A stretch of 63,919 nt of DNA, counting the filler, from Licmophora abbreviata (Eukaryota): assembly GCA_900291995.1 (NCBI GenBank). It is 14 parts of 14 records of this genome, joined end to end, with 100 filler letters (N's around TTAATTAATTAA, not from the genome) between each part and the next. Parts side by side here need not be neighbours in the genome. Positions count along the whole stretch, not along the records: positions 1 to 1,238 come from OLMU01000356.1; positions 1,339 to 5,474 come from OLMU01000357.1; positions 5,575 to 8,920 come from OLMU01000358.1; positions 9,021 to 12,585 come from OLMU01000359.1; 10 more parts are not named here. The stretch is one strand, 5' to 3'. This document shows positions 1 through 10,101 of this stretch, piece after piece (position 1 is the stretch's first letter; each line of letters starts with the position of its first letter). Position numbers and translations under genes: made by a program. The notes beneath the pieces were generated by a model. That model worked only from the letters and a program-made list of their open reading frames with translations, did no database searches and was not told the origin of the DNA.

Positions 1-2
1 CA

Positions 3-1238
3 AAGAGACAGCGCACGAGCACCCAGGAGCAAGTCTCTACTAACTTAAGAAGAGGCGACGAAGCACCGCCTGTGGAAGCCAGCGCGGAAGGCACTGCATT
101 TTTCGGTGATAACGACGTACTCTTTGGTCGTTTCGGGGCCACCCATGTCCATCCTGGCAATCGCTTCTTTCACTATCTCACCAATTACCATCGTCGTGGA
201 TACGACAAGGCCTGCCAGAACGTCAAGTCAGCCATAGTGCGTGCCATTGTTCACGCTGTCCGCGTACGAAATGGACGCTTCCTGAAGCGTGACGAAGCGT
301 CCGGTTTGTGGTTCGAGGTCGGAGATGAAGCTGCTCGCAAGAAGACAACCATGGCGATGTGTCAACGCGTTTTCAAGATGCGTCGAATAATGTTTGAGAG
401 GGAGAAAGAACAAGCGCTTGAAGATGAATACATCAAGCTTCAACAGATCCTCAGTGCCGGACGTCAACATTGCGCATGTAATTGTATTTATATCAGTTTG
501 AGTAATGATCAAACCAAGAACACCCCCAGCGAAGCCAACGTGGAAGGCTGTGCGTTTGTCGGTGATAACGACGTACTCAGTGGTAATGCCCCGGGCACCC
601 ATGACCATCCTGGCAATCGCTTGTTTGGCTATCTCATCAAATACCATAGTCGTGGATACGACAAGGCCTGCCAGAACGGCAAGTTAGCCATTTCGCGTGC
701 CATTGTTGACGCTATCCGCTTACGAAATGGACGCTTCCTGAAGCGTGACGAAGCGTCCGGTCTGTGGTTCGAGGTCGGGGATGAAGTTGCTCGCAAGAAG
801 ACAAGCCAGGCGATGCGCGAACGCATTCTCAAGATGCGTCGAATTGTGTTTGAGAGGGAGAAAGAACAAGCGCTCGAAGATGAATACATCATGCATCAGC
901 AGAACCTCAGTGCCGAATACTACGCGGGAATCGAGGCGGCCAGCAAAGCCGTAACGATTAACACTGCCGCCGTCAATCCCATGTACATCCCGCCTCCGCC
1001 GGATGCTGCCGGATCACCCATGTACCTCCCTCCTCGTGCCCTCATCCCGCCTCCACCGCATGCCGCCGGAGTACCCATGTACCTCCCTCCTCGTGCCCTC
1101 ATCCCGCATCCACCGGATGCTGCCGGAGCAATGATATCATCGCCTCCTGTCTATGGTCAGCCATACATGAGCAAGGAGATATATCAAAGGAATCCGTACG
1201 CAGCACCGGCATCAAATCCCGATACTATGCAACCCGTT
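3..1238 (+). CDS. Tandem DUF6824-domain protein with Pro-rich tail (partial at both ends)
   Basis: Two copies of the DUF6824-type pattern DVL.G...HPGN..F...Y..A...K..I...IV..(V/I)R.RNGRFLKRD..SGLWFEVGDE.ARKKT. The frame is open from position 3 and runs into the spacer at 1239. Confidence 0.8.
75..915 (+). repeat. Intragenic direct duplication (copies ~75-459 and ~531-915, offset 456 bp)
   Basis: Long near-identical stretches, e.g. CATCGTCGTGGATACGACAAGGCCTGCCAGAACG / CATAGTCGTGGATACGACAAGGCCTGCCAGAACG, and TTTGAGAGGGAGAAAGAACAAGCGCT in both copies. Confidence 0.95.
978..1130 (+). repeat. Coding tandem repeat, 57-bp unit (PMYLPPRALIPPPPHAAGV), about 2.7 copies
   Basis: CCCATGTACCTCCCTCCTCGTGCCCTCATCCCGC occurs twice, preceded by a shorter third variant. 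Confidence 0.9.
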
Positions 1239-1338
1239 NNNNNNNNNNNNNNNNNNNNNNNNNNNNNNNNNNNNNNNNNNNNTTAATTAATTAANNNNNN
1301 NNNNNNNNNNNNNNNNNNNNNNNNNNNNNNNNNNNNNN
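1239..1338. other. Artificial assembly spacer N44-TTAATTAATTAA-N44
   Basis: Identical 100-bp linker with stops in all six frames; occurs 13 times in the window. Confidence 0.99.
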
Positions 1339-1514
1339 CTCGTAGTCGACAGACTTGATCTTCTCCTCGGTAAACGAAGCGTCTGTTCGTCAGTCAGTGT
1401 CGAAAAGGTACCTGAACGTCTGCTCGTCATTCAATTCATTCATGCAAAACAATTTCTGGACGCGGGAGACGCCATTCGACATCCATCATTGTGCGTGAAA
1501 AAGCTATCTTGACC

Positions 1515-2891
1515 ATGGCGTCGTCCTCTTCGTTTCAGCGCAAGCAACGCCAGGATGTATGGAGAAATCAGGAGAGGCACTACTGCAGTGTGTGTAACGC
1601 CTGGATGGGAGGCGATAGGCAGTCCATCTTGATTCACGAAAATGGCACCAAACACAAGAAGAATTTCGAGGAGAGCCTGCAGCGGAAGCGACAGGACAAG
1701 ATTGACCAGGAGACGACGCAACAGTACATGGAATCGTCGTTGCAAGCGGTAGAGCGCGCGGCATCAGCGGCGCATGCACAGGATGGTACCTATGGGGGAT
1801 ATGCGATGCCGACGGTAGGCGCTGAGGTAGCAGCTGTAGAACCACCGCCGCAACTGCATGATGTTCGTTCAGCCACGAAAGAGAAACAAGCGTGGGAGAT
1901 GAAAAAGAAACGACGGGAGAAAGAAAAGAGAAAGAAGATCGAAGAGGCAGAAGGGGGAGCGGAACCTATTCAGAAGAAAAAACAGAGGAAACTGGGAACA
2001 GACGAGGGATACTACAAGCACGACGACAACACTTTTCTAGAAGGTACATGTGCTAAGGTGGTTCTTGCTCGGGAGCAAACCACCCCTCTGTCGATCTAAC
2101 TTCTACTGTACCATCGTGCATTCCATTGTTTAGGTCCTTCGTTCGCAGAGCTGCTTGAGGAAGATGTGCCGATTCAAATATGGATCGGAGCTGAATCTGC
2201 AAACTTAGCCGAGAAACGTTTACCGGAGAAGCACCATCAGTGGAGAAATGGATTAGTGATTGCGGTACGAAAGTCATCAACAGATCCTTCCGGAATAGTA
2301 TTAGATATAGCATATTTGATGCAGCCTGATGATCACGAGGAGAAACTGGAAAAGTCCGTCTCACCAGCGCGGGTCCGAATTTTACTTGGGTCAGATGATA
2401 GCATTCCAGATACGCTGGAAGAAGCGCGTTTGGCAGTCCTGGGTGGTGAGGTACACCAAGTACAACAGAGCGATACACCTGAAGTCGATGAAAATACGGG
2501 TCTGTCATCTTGGGGGACTGTGTCGATTCGAAAAACAACCGTACGAACTGAACACAAGGAAGAACGCTCTCGCGAGCGTGCCAAATTGCGGGAGAATGCC
2601 AGAAAGGAAGAACGAGAACGAAAGGAGGCTGAGGAGCGGAAGATGGAGGAGGCCAAGGTGGAAAATGCGGATGACTCGGCGCTTGGTGCCTATGATGTAT
2701 GGTCGAGTGGCAAGGCGGGCTATAAGGGCGTTGACATTAACCGAGAGGCGAAGCTGAACGTTTCGGACACAGCGAAGAGCTTGGCTAAAGGGAAAGGCAA
2801 CGTCGGGTTCAAGAAAGCAGGATCCTCCTCCCTATTCAAGAAGGCAAAGAAGAAGCAGAATCGACGGACCACTTCGGCAGACGATGATTAG
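1515..2891 (+). CDS. U1/matrin-type zinc-finger protein (WBP4/FBP21-like N-terminus); intron 2044-2133
   Basis: HYCSVCNAWM...SILIHENGTKHKKN zinc finger. A phase-1 GT..AG intron joins the two ORFs in frame (FLEG/PSFAELLEEDVPIQ). Confidence 0.75.
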
Positions 2892-3133
2892 CGTAAAGTA
2901 ATACAAGTTGAACGCGGCACATTCTCAAAGCACTGTAGATGAGGCTAATAACCTAATAACCAAGCACCTTCTCTCGCCCGTTCACTGCCACTGACTTTTG
3001 GCGCGCCGCACACATTGACAAACTCAGTCGACATCGCATGTTGATGAGATAGCACATTGCACACATTGCTGTCGGACGGCAAACCCCCCTCTTTTCGTTC
3101 ACTTGTCTGACCGGTAGAGTGATATTGCCCATC

Positions 3134-3820
3134 ATGAGTGCTCAGCCAGAAGCTAATGCGGTCGACATTTCAAGCGAATCTTCGTCCGTCAATGTCATGG
3201 ACGAATTCCGGGCGGGCGTCACGGCGACGCTGCGGTCCTGGTCGGCGTTGCGAGCGGCCGTCGAGACAGGGTGGGGAGGATTGGAGTCACAGGCCAAGGC
3301 AGAAGACTTGAGACAACATATCTACAGCGTTATGGATGGAAGTTGCTATCCGCCCAAGGTTGAACTTTGGGACCTGGAAGACAATCTTGCCATCTACATG
3401 GAAGAACAGTTCAGCGTGGTCCTGGAGGATGACAGTGAAAAGCAAGTGGCCGACATGCTGTGGCGCATGTACGAAGCGTGTCATCGTGGGGATGTATCGC
3501 TTGCTCGTCAGGCAGTTGAATCAGCTCGTCGTGCGGAAGCTGCCTCTGTGGCGTACCCAGTTCAAGTGCAGGCGACCGAACAAGACGATAGCGATGACGA
3601 AGACAAAGTCATGAACGCAGACGGCGCAGAATCCATGACAGGTAGTTCTAGAGCACAGGACTATGCGTCGTCAATGCTATTCGGAACTCCCAGGAAGGTG
3701 TCCGGAGCTCCAGGGAAACCCATGCGTCAGCTGGGAGAGTCGGTACCGGAACAAACGCAAGCAGAAAAAGACGATGATGGGTTTGCACCGGTACAGACAA
3801 AGAGACGAAATCGAGTATGA
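3134..3820 (+). CDS. TSR2: Pre-rRNA-processing protein TSR2
   Basis: FRAGV...LRSWSALRAAVETGWGG (WGG motif), LEDNLAIYMEEQFSVVLEDDS, and C-terminal DDDGFAPVQTKRR. Confidence 0.9.
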   Translation: MSAQPEANAVDISSESSSVNVMDEFRAGVTATLRSWSALRAAVETGWGGLESQAKAEDLRQHIYSVMDGSCYPPKVELWDLEDNLAIYMEEQFSVVLEDDSEKQVADMLWRMYEACHRGDVSLARQAVESARRAEAASVAYPVQVQATEQDDSDDEDKVMNADGAESMTGSSRAQDYASSMLFGTPRKVSGAPGKPMRQLGESVPEQTQAEKDDDGFAPVQTKRRNRV

Positions 3821-3875
3821 AGATGATGATTTCTTATTTTAAAAAACTGTACATCATGAGAAAAAAACGTGATCA

Positions 3876-5258
3876 TTACAAAGGTTCGACCTCAACCGAG
3901 CCATAGTCCGTCGGTTTTGGTCTCTTCAGCTTCGGCCTGTCATCACTAGCACCAGGCGGATGAAAGACCCACCATGCGATCGAGAACAAAGGGAGTGTCA
4001 ATAGGAGCAGTGTGGTGTTGGCCCCTAGGTAGGATCCGACACTGTCTGCCCACAGCACAAGAACATTCTGGATCAGACTGACCAACGACACCACAATGTT
4101 GCATAGGCCCAGCAGTAGGCCGTAGTTCTTAAAGCCGAAGATTTCGCCTAGCTCGTGAAAAACTCCTGAGTATACTAGTTGTCGCGAGGTGGCAACGAGC
4201 GGGAAGACGACGCCTGCCAGTAGCCACTTGGACGACGGAGCGAATGTGAGTACGGCTCCGTACACAACTCCAAAGACATTGGCGAGTTGGAGGGCATTCG
4301 CTGGAGACTTTTCTAGCAGATACGCTGCCAGTGGCAAAATGACAAAGCCCAAAGGTAGCATGGCGCCAAACATGTTAATCAGCTGATCTTTGGTCGCACT
4401 GTCGACCGTATCTTCCAATTGATGGTTAATGGTGGCCACCACGAAATTTAGTTTGAGAATATGTACCGAAACCCACGTCGCAAGACACCAAAAGGGTGCT
4501 CTTGACAGGATTGTCTTGACGGGGGCATCTTTGAGCGTCTGTTTCGGCTTGCCAAACTTTGTGAGGAAGGGTGATCCGGGCCCTCCAAAAGATGAGCTCC
4601 GTGATCGCCTTCGACCCACTACAGACGGTGATACAGCGAGCGCCTCTACGTCCACCTCTGGATGCTCATCCTCCAAAGCACTGTTGGGCCAGACAAAGAT
4701 GGCGGTCAATAGGGTAAAGAGTGGGACAATCATGTAGACTCGAAAGAAAACGGAGGAATCAGTGCCAAACATCTGATGTATCGCCGACGCCGCGGCAAAC
4801 ACAGCGGTGCCACCGTCAAACGCGGCCGCCTGCGCTCCCATCAAGAAGGCCGCCCCGTCCGTCCATAGCTTGGCGTGATGGAGAGTGGGAAGCTGTACAG
4901 CGGGTCCGACGAACCCTAGTAGCGCGAAACCGACCGAGAGCGCGGTCGTACTCTGTGCAGCAAGAGAACAGAGAAAGAGACCCAAGGCAAAGAGGATCGA
5001 CGCCAAGATGCCGCAAGTCTTGGGCCCTCCGCGGTCAAGCAACAGCCCAAATGGAAGGTTTGATAGGTAGTTCCCAATCGCACCAAGGCTGAATACAGTG
5101 GCGGATCCAGCGGGTGTCAGATCGACGCCCTCGGCCTGCAGCAGGGGAAGCAGAGAGGCCCAGCCAAAGACGATACCCGCGCAGAGCAGTGTGTGGGTAA
5201 CCCCGACAATCGACCATATCAGTGGGTAGCGTCGAAGCAGCTTGTGGCCGTCGCTCAT
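3876..5258 (-). CDS. MFS transporter, SLC43/LAT3/FMP42-like
   Basis: AGIVFGWASLLPLLQAEG, MFS motif A GLLLDRGGPK, AAFDGG, FGFKNYGLLLG; about 12 hydrophobic segments. Confidence 0.85.
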   Translation of the reverse strand: MSDGHKLLRRYPLIWSIVGVTHTLLCAGIVFGWASLLPLLQAEGVDLTPAGSATVFSLGAIGNYLSNLPFGLLLDRGGPKTCGILASILFALGLFLCSLAAQSTTALSVGFALLGFVGPAVQLPTLHHAKLWTDGAAFLMGAQAAAFDGGTAVFAAASAIHQMFGTDSSVFFRVYMIVPLFTLLTAIFVWPNSALEDEHPEVDVEALAVSPSVVGRRRSRSSSFGGPGSPFLTKFGKPKQTLKDAPVKTILSRAPFWCLATWVSVHILKLNFVVATINHQLEDTVDSATKDQLINMFGAMLPLGFVILPLAAYLLEKSPANALQLANVFGVVYGAVLTFAPSSKWLLAGVVFPLVATSRQLVYSGVFHELGEIFGFKNYGLLLGLCNIVVSLVSLIQNVLVLWADSVGSYLGANTTLLLLTLPLFSIAWWVFHPPGASDDRPKLKRPKPTDYGSVEVEPL

Positions 5259-5404
5259 GATGCCTGAGATCCTCTCGTTCTTTGAAGAAAAGCACAGGTG
5301 AGACCGGCGTGATGCAGCGCCGACGTGCCGATATTGGTGGTTGTGTGGCACTCTCTTGCGGCATGTGTCAAAAGTCAACTTTTCTCAACAAAAAGCGCAC
5401 GACC

Positions 5405-5414
5405 ATGACGTCAT
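5405..5414. promoter_or_regulatory. CRE-like palindrome ATGACGTCAT (candidate bZIP/aureochrome site)
   Basis: Perfect palindrome about 150 bp upstream of the minus-strand MFS start. Function is inferred only. Confidence 0.3.
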
Positions 5415-5474
5415 CATCACCTCATCTCTCTTCGGAATGGATTCGATTCGCACTTCAGTCACACTTTGTTCTCT

Positions 5475-5574
5475 NNNNNNNNNNNNNNNNNNNNNNNNNN
5501 NNNNNNNNNNNNNNNNNNTTAATTAATTAANNNNNNNNNNNNNNNNNNNNNNNNNNNNNNNNNNNNNNNNNNNN
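5475..5574. other. Artificial assembly spacer
   Basis: N44-TTAATTAATTAA-N44. Confidence 0.99.
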
Positions 5575-5697
5575 AGTAGGTGTAGCATGTTGCTGATTCG
5601 AGGATGCGTATGTGTCTTGCTCGTGTGTTAGCTCAAAAGAATGGGTCGGTCGCCGAGAACGCGAAGAGATGCTGCCGCCTTGCCTCTGGCTGTGGTT

Positions 5698-6546
5698 TTA
5701 CTGCCACAATTCACATTCTTCCGATGAAAAGTCTTCGCAAGAGTCATTATGGTTGTGCAAGCTCCTTGCTTCCTCTTGCGCTTTTTGCAAGGATTCTTGA
5801 GCATCCTGTAGTGCATTCTGTACCCATTCTTTTCGCCTCCGATTCTCGTTCGCTTCGTTGAGTGGTGGAAGTGCTTTTCGGCGCCACTGCAAGGCATTGG
5901 ACAAGTCTTGCCGGCGGAGTGCGTTCAACACCAGAGTCTGCATGATCTCAAAGTGCCATGGCTTCACTGCCAGAGCCACTCGACACCAGTACTCCGAATC
6001 TTCTGTTTCCCCCTTAAAGTAGAGAAGCCCCGCCAGGCGACTCACAGGTTCAGCCCAGTCGATGCCATACGCCTCCACCATGCCTCGCAAGGCTGCCTCT
6101 TCCTCGACAAGACCAGCGCTACATTCAGATTCCATTGCCTGCAACTGCATTGCACTATCAGCATCTCGTTCTACCAGCCACAGGGACATGAGTTCATCGA
6201 CCGCCTCGTCGGAATCTTCCAGGGACGCCAAAAGCTCCATTTCGATCAGTCGGCGTTTCCGAGAGCTTTCAGTCAGAGGAGGCGGGACGTACTCTTCCTT
6301 GGTCGTCGGAATAGCTGACGTAGAGGAGTACGACACACTGTGCTCCTCCATTAGAAGGTCTTCAAAGGCAACACGAGCGCGATCGAGTTCATCGAGACCC
6401 TTGCTGTTTTGCTGATCGAACGACGAAGATACGGCGGCAAGAGAGTGATGCCCAAGAAAGGATGGCGGAGCGGGGGCGAACATCCACGCTGAACGGGCCT
6501 GGCCTACCAACAGAACCAAGTGGAGAGAGGAAGGAACGGAAAACAT
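5698..6546 (-). CDS. TPR-like helical protein with signal peptide, possibly plastid-targeted
   Basis: N-terminus LHLVLLVGQARSA-WMFAP followed by a Ser-rich segment; TPR-like WAEPVSRLAGLLYFKGETEDSEYWCRVALAVKPWHFE. Confidence 0.65.
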   Translation of the reverse strand: MFSVPSSLHLVLLVGQARSAWMFAPAPPSFLGHHSLAAVSSSFDQQNSKGLDELDRARVAFEDLLMEEHSVSYSSTSAIPTTKEEYVPPPLTESSRKRRLIEMELLASLEDSDEAVDELMSLWLVERDADSAMQLQAMESECSAGLVEEEAALRGMVEAYGIDWAEPVSRLAGLLYFKGETEDSEYWCRVALAVKPWHFEIMQTLVLNALRRQDLSNALQWRRKALPPLNEANENRRRKEWVQNALQDAQESLQKAQEEARSLHNHNDSCEDFSSEECELWQ

Positions 6547-6951
6547 ATGTGTTGCTGTGTATCGAAACGACGTCGTGAGGCGAAAGATCTATGGCGGTAG
6601 CGTGCCAAATACCATGGTCGACGACTGCCATCACAACAACGACACGAAGAACACGTCGTCCGGCTGTTAAAATCCGCTGGAAATCGTGTCTGCCACTCCG
6701 GGTTTTATTTAACTTTCACGAGCTCGCTTACATCACCCTTCCATCAAGAGCTCGAGCCTCATTCAATATATGTGCACGGAACGGCGGGATACGAAACCAT
6801 TTCCACAGTAGCATAGTCTAGGCTTAGGCGAGGCCCTTATGTACGTGACATATTTGCCTGACCTCCAATCACAAGTCTAGTGCTTAACTTGAAGCTTAAC
6901 TCTCAAGCAAGCAATCTCTACTCGCTCACTATTCCAGAGACGATACATCTA

Positions 6952-8792
6952 CTACACTGTATGCTCGTGTCTTGTGTCAGCGTTGGCTCTCGATTCTTGG
7001 TTATAGCGGATGCACTCTTCCCTTCCCTCGTCAATCATGCACTTCGCTGTGACTACGCCATGGTGTTCCCTGTGAGCATCGCGCAGTTTCCATATTCGTA
7101 TGCATACGAGTCCACCAAGGAATGATATCGACAAGTAGAGCAGTAGCGACCCGTATCGCGATGGAAAGAACTTGGATGAGAAGGCAAATGAAGCAATGCT
7201 TCCCGCAAAAGCAGGAGCTATCGCCCGTACAATACTGGCGCCCACAACGACGAGTCCATTCATGGTAGCTCGTTGTGCGTCCGGGACTGTCGTATTCAGA
7301 GACAGAGCCAAACTGGTAAAGTACAAACAACCAAAGAGTTTGCAGGTCCCCATCAAGAAGCTCAAGAGAGAAATAGTTCCCCAGGAGACACCGTCTTTCA
7401 TGGCATTGTTTATTAAAAGTGATAGTGGAATAAGCGCCGAAGGCTGCAATCCCACTATGCTCCCAATCATCATGGACCAGTACTCTCCGAACCTGCTCAC
7501 CAATGTGGCGAATACAGCATACTGCAGAACAGCAAAGAAGATGCCGGCACCAGACAAGATTGTTCCGATCGACGCTTCCGTCAACGCTAGACCCCCTGTC
7601 TGAGACATGCAAAAAAGTGGGAACGCCTCATCGATCATCATGGATACAAACGCGAAGCTCCAGTGAGCGATCATGAATCGCCGCGTGGATGGTCGACTCC
7701 ATAAAGTACGCGCTGATGGCGTTTCACTATTGGAATCGTGGCATGTCGTAGGGGGCGAGTCAACAGGACTATTGTCCTGACCTATCCGCGCAGAAACAAG
7801 CTCGACATTTCCCTCTGATGACGATCCAAGGAATCGGCGGGACTCGGAGTCTTCCTGTTGTCCCCTGACCATAACTGAGTAGAAAGCATGGAATGTGCGC
7901 TGAACAGAGCCGTAGAGGCAAATCGCAGCATCTATCGGTGCATGAGCAAAGTCCCGCCGCCTGGCTTCCGATAGGGTCTCGTGCAGAGAATTCTGGAGGA
8001 CCACTGCCGTCAGTATACATCCAGCAGCAGCCAGTAGGTTCGGAAGCATATAGGGGAATTTCGACAGAACGGAGTGAAGCCATCCATCTTGCTGAAGCCA
8101 AGACGCGTTCGGATACTGCCGCAGCGGTTCCGCTAACAGCCCGCCGAGTGCAGGACCTATCAGGTAGCCCCAACTTCTCATCCCCATGACGAGTCCCATC
8201 GTCCGTCGCTCTAGAGTTCGATCCCCATGCGCGAGTTCCGTTGCCGCGGTCTTTGCCGCACCAATGATCCCATTGCTCATCCCTAAACAGAATCTCCAAA
8301 GCATAGCCTGTCCGAACGTCTGTGACGTTCCAAAAAGAATTGAAAAGATACTTGACAATAGCAAACAGGACTGTAGAACAAAAGTTCTCCCATAGACATC
8401 GGCCGCGTTGCCCCATCCGTACGCGCTGAGTGATCTGCCTACCATGAAGGACGAAGCAATCGCCCCTGCTCGTGTCCCAACATTGTCCTGAGTAATTCTA
8501 GAATCCATGTGAATCACCATGTAGCCTGCATATGGAAATACGCTGGTTTTAAAAAGTTCCCAAGTGGACACGTTTAGTTTTGCATCGTATGTTCCATAAA
8601 CACAGTTCACATGGACAAACCCTCTCATTCTCACCTGATCTGTAGATAGGCATTGACTAAGGAGCACATACACAAGGCAATGGTAGATGAAGTGTGTTCA
8701 CGAACGCTCATCATTGGCATCTTTTCTGTTGGCGACATGGTTGGGGAAGACTCGCCATCGTCGCAAGACGATGACGCCGCAGTCGTCGTCAT
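6952..8792 (-). CDS. MFS transporter, ZIF/ZIFL-like; intron 8543-8634
   Basis: Spliced product NAYLQIS/VFPYAGYMV, WGNAADVYGR, GPALGGLLAEP, FPYMLPNL, DEAFPLFC; 12-TM pattern. Confidence 0.88.
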
Positions 8793-8871
8793 GAGTCAAA
8801 GAAGAAAAAGTGTGGCCACACACACATCGATCGATGCAGTTCGAAACGTGACCGTAACAGTGCGCGCCATA

Positions 8872-8883
8872 CGTGACGTCACG
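8872..8883. promoter_or_regulatory. CRE-like 12-bp palindrome CGTGACGTCACG
   Basis: Perfect palindrome 80 bp upstream of the ZIFL-like ATG at 8792. Function is inferred only. Confidence 0.3.
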
Positions 8884-8920
8884 AGTGACTCAAAGATTCT
8901 TGGCGCCAAACTTCAAACCC

Positions 8921-9020
8921 NNNNNNNNNNNNNNNNNNNNNNNNNNNNNNNNNNNNNNNNNNNNTTAATTAATTAANNNNNNNNNNNNNNNNNNNNNNNN
9001 NNNNNNNNNNNNNNNNNNNN
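8921..9020. other. Artificial assembly spacer
   Basis: N44-TTAATTAATTAA-N44. Confidence 0.99.
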
Positions 9021-9104
9021 AATGAAAAACATCTAGAAAACATCACTCGTCGCAATCTTGCTGCATCTTTCGCACGCATCGAGGCGGACTGTGGTTGTCC
9101 AGCA

Positions 9105-9815
9105 ATGCGGTCCTCTTTGTTTCGCATCTTGTTCGTCAGTATTTCAAACAATAGTTCCCACAGCCTCAATCGTCAACGCACCGTCACCAGTCGGCGCCTC
9201 ACACGCAACAACAATATGTGGGATCGACGATACGCTGAAGACGGCTTTGCCTACGGCGTGGAACCAAATGATTTTCTGCGAGAGACGATTCCAACGCTGA
9301 ACTTGCCTCCGAAATCAAAATGCCTGCTCTTGGCCGAAGGCGAAGGACGCAATGCCATATGGATGGCTAGTTTAGGGATGGACGTTACTGCGGTCGATAG
9401 CTCCCCAGTGGGTCTAGCAAAAGCTACGAAGTTGGCCGAGGCACGGGGCGTGTCGATCGCCACGGAGTGTATGGACCTCGCAATGTTTGACACGGGTGAA
9501 AACCAGTGGGACTGCATTGTAGCCATCTTCTGTCACTTGCCTCCTCCCATTCGAGAGCGAGTCCTCGCTATGATCCCCACGGCTCTCAGGCCTGGAGGAG
9601 TGTTTGTTCTTGAGGGATACACGCCAGAGCAGATCCCACTCCAAACGGGCGGGCCTCCTGTCCCGGAACTCATGTATTCCTCCGAGATCCTATGCAAAGC
9701 GCTGGAGGGCGAACTAGAAATTGTCAGAAATGAGGAATTGTTGCGTCAGGTCGTCGAGGGCAAGTATCATACAGGAGAGGCCGCCGTTGTCCAATTCGTC
9801 GGTCGTAGAGTGTAG
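9105..9815 (+). CDS. Class I SAM-dependent methyltransferase (TehB-like), possible organellar presequence; core starts at ATG 9216
   Basis: WDRRY...FAYGVEPNDFL, motif I LLLAEGEGRNA, VTAVDSS, LRPGGVFVLEGY, GGPP, EGKYHTG. Arg/Ser-rich N-terminal extension without acidic residues. Confidence 0.88.
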   Translation: MRSSLFRILFVSISNNSSHSLNRQRTVTSRRLTRNNNMWDRRYAEDGFAYGVEPNDFLRETIPTLNLPPKSKCLLLAEGEGRNAIWMASLGMDVTAVDSSPVGLAKATKLAEARGVSIATECMDLAMFDTGENQWDCIVAIFCHLPPPIRERVLAMIPTALRPGGVFVLEGYTPEQIPLQTGGPPVPELMYSSEILCKALEGELEIVRNEELLRQVVEGKYHTGEAAVVQFVGRRV

Positions 9816-10101
9816 ACCGATCCAGACAATGAAAGAAGGGGCTGTAGATTGTAGGTACGAGCCGTTGTGACATAAGTGAGCAGTTATCAACGATTCCTAT
9901 GATGGACTTTCCTACTGTCTCGCGAGACCAATGAGTCAGCCATTGTACTTGTCGTTGTAAGCTTTACTTGCAAAGTAGAGTGTCAGCGGACTTTCCTCCT
10001 TGACGCATAGCTTGTAAGCGATTCGGTGCTGACATTTTAGAAACGTCCGGTTGCTTGCTATACTTTGACGATACCGATATGCAACTGGCTTATTAGAGGG
10101 A

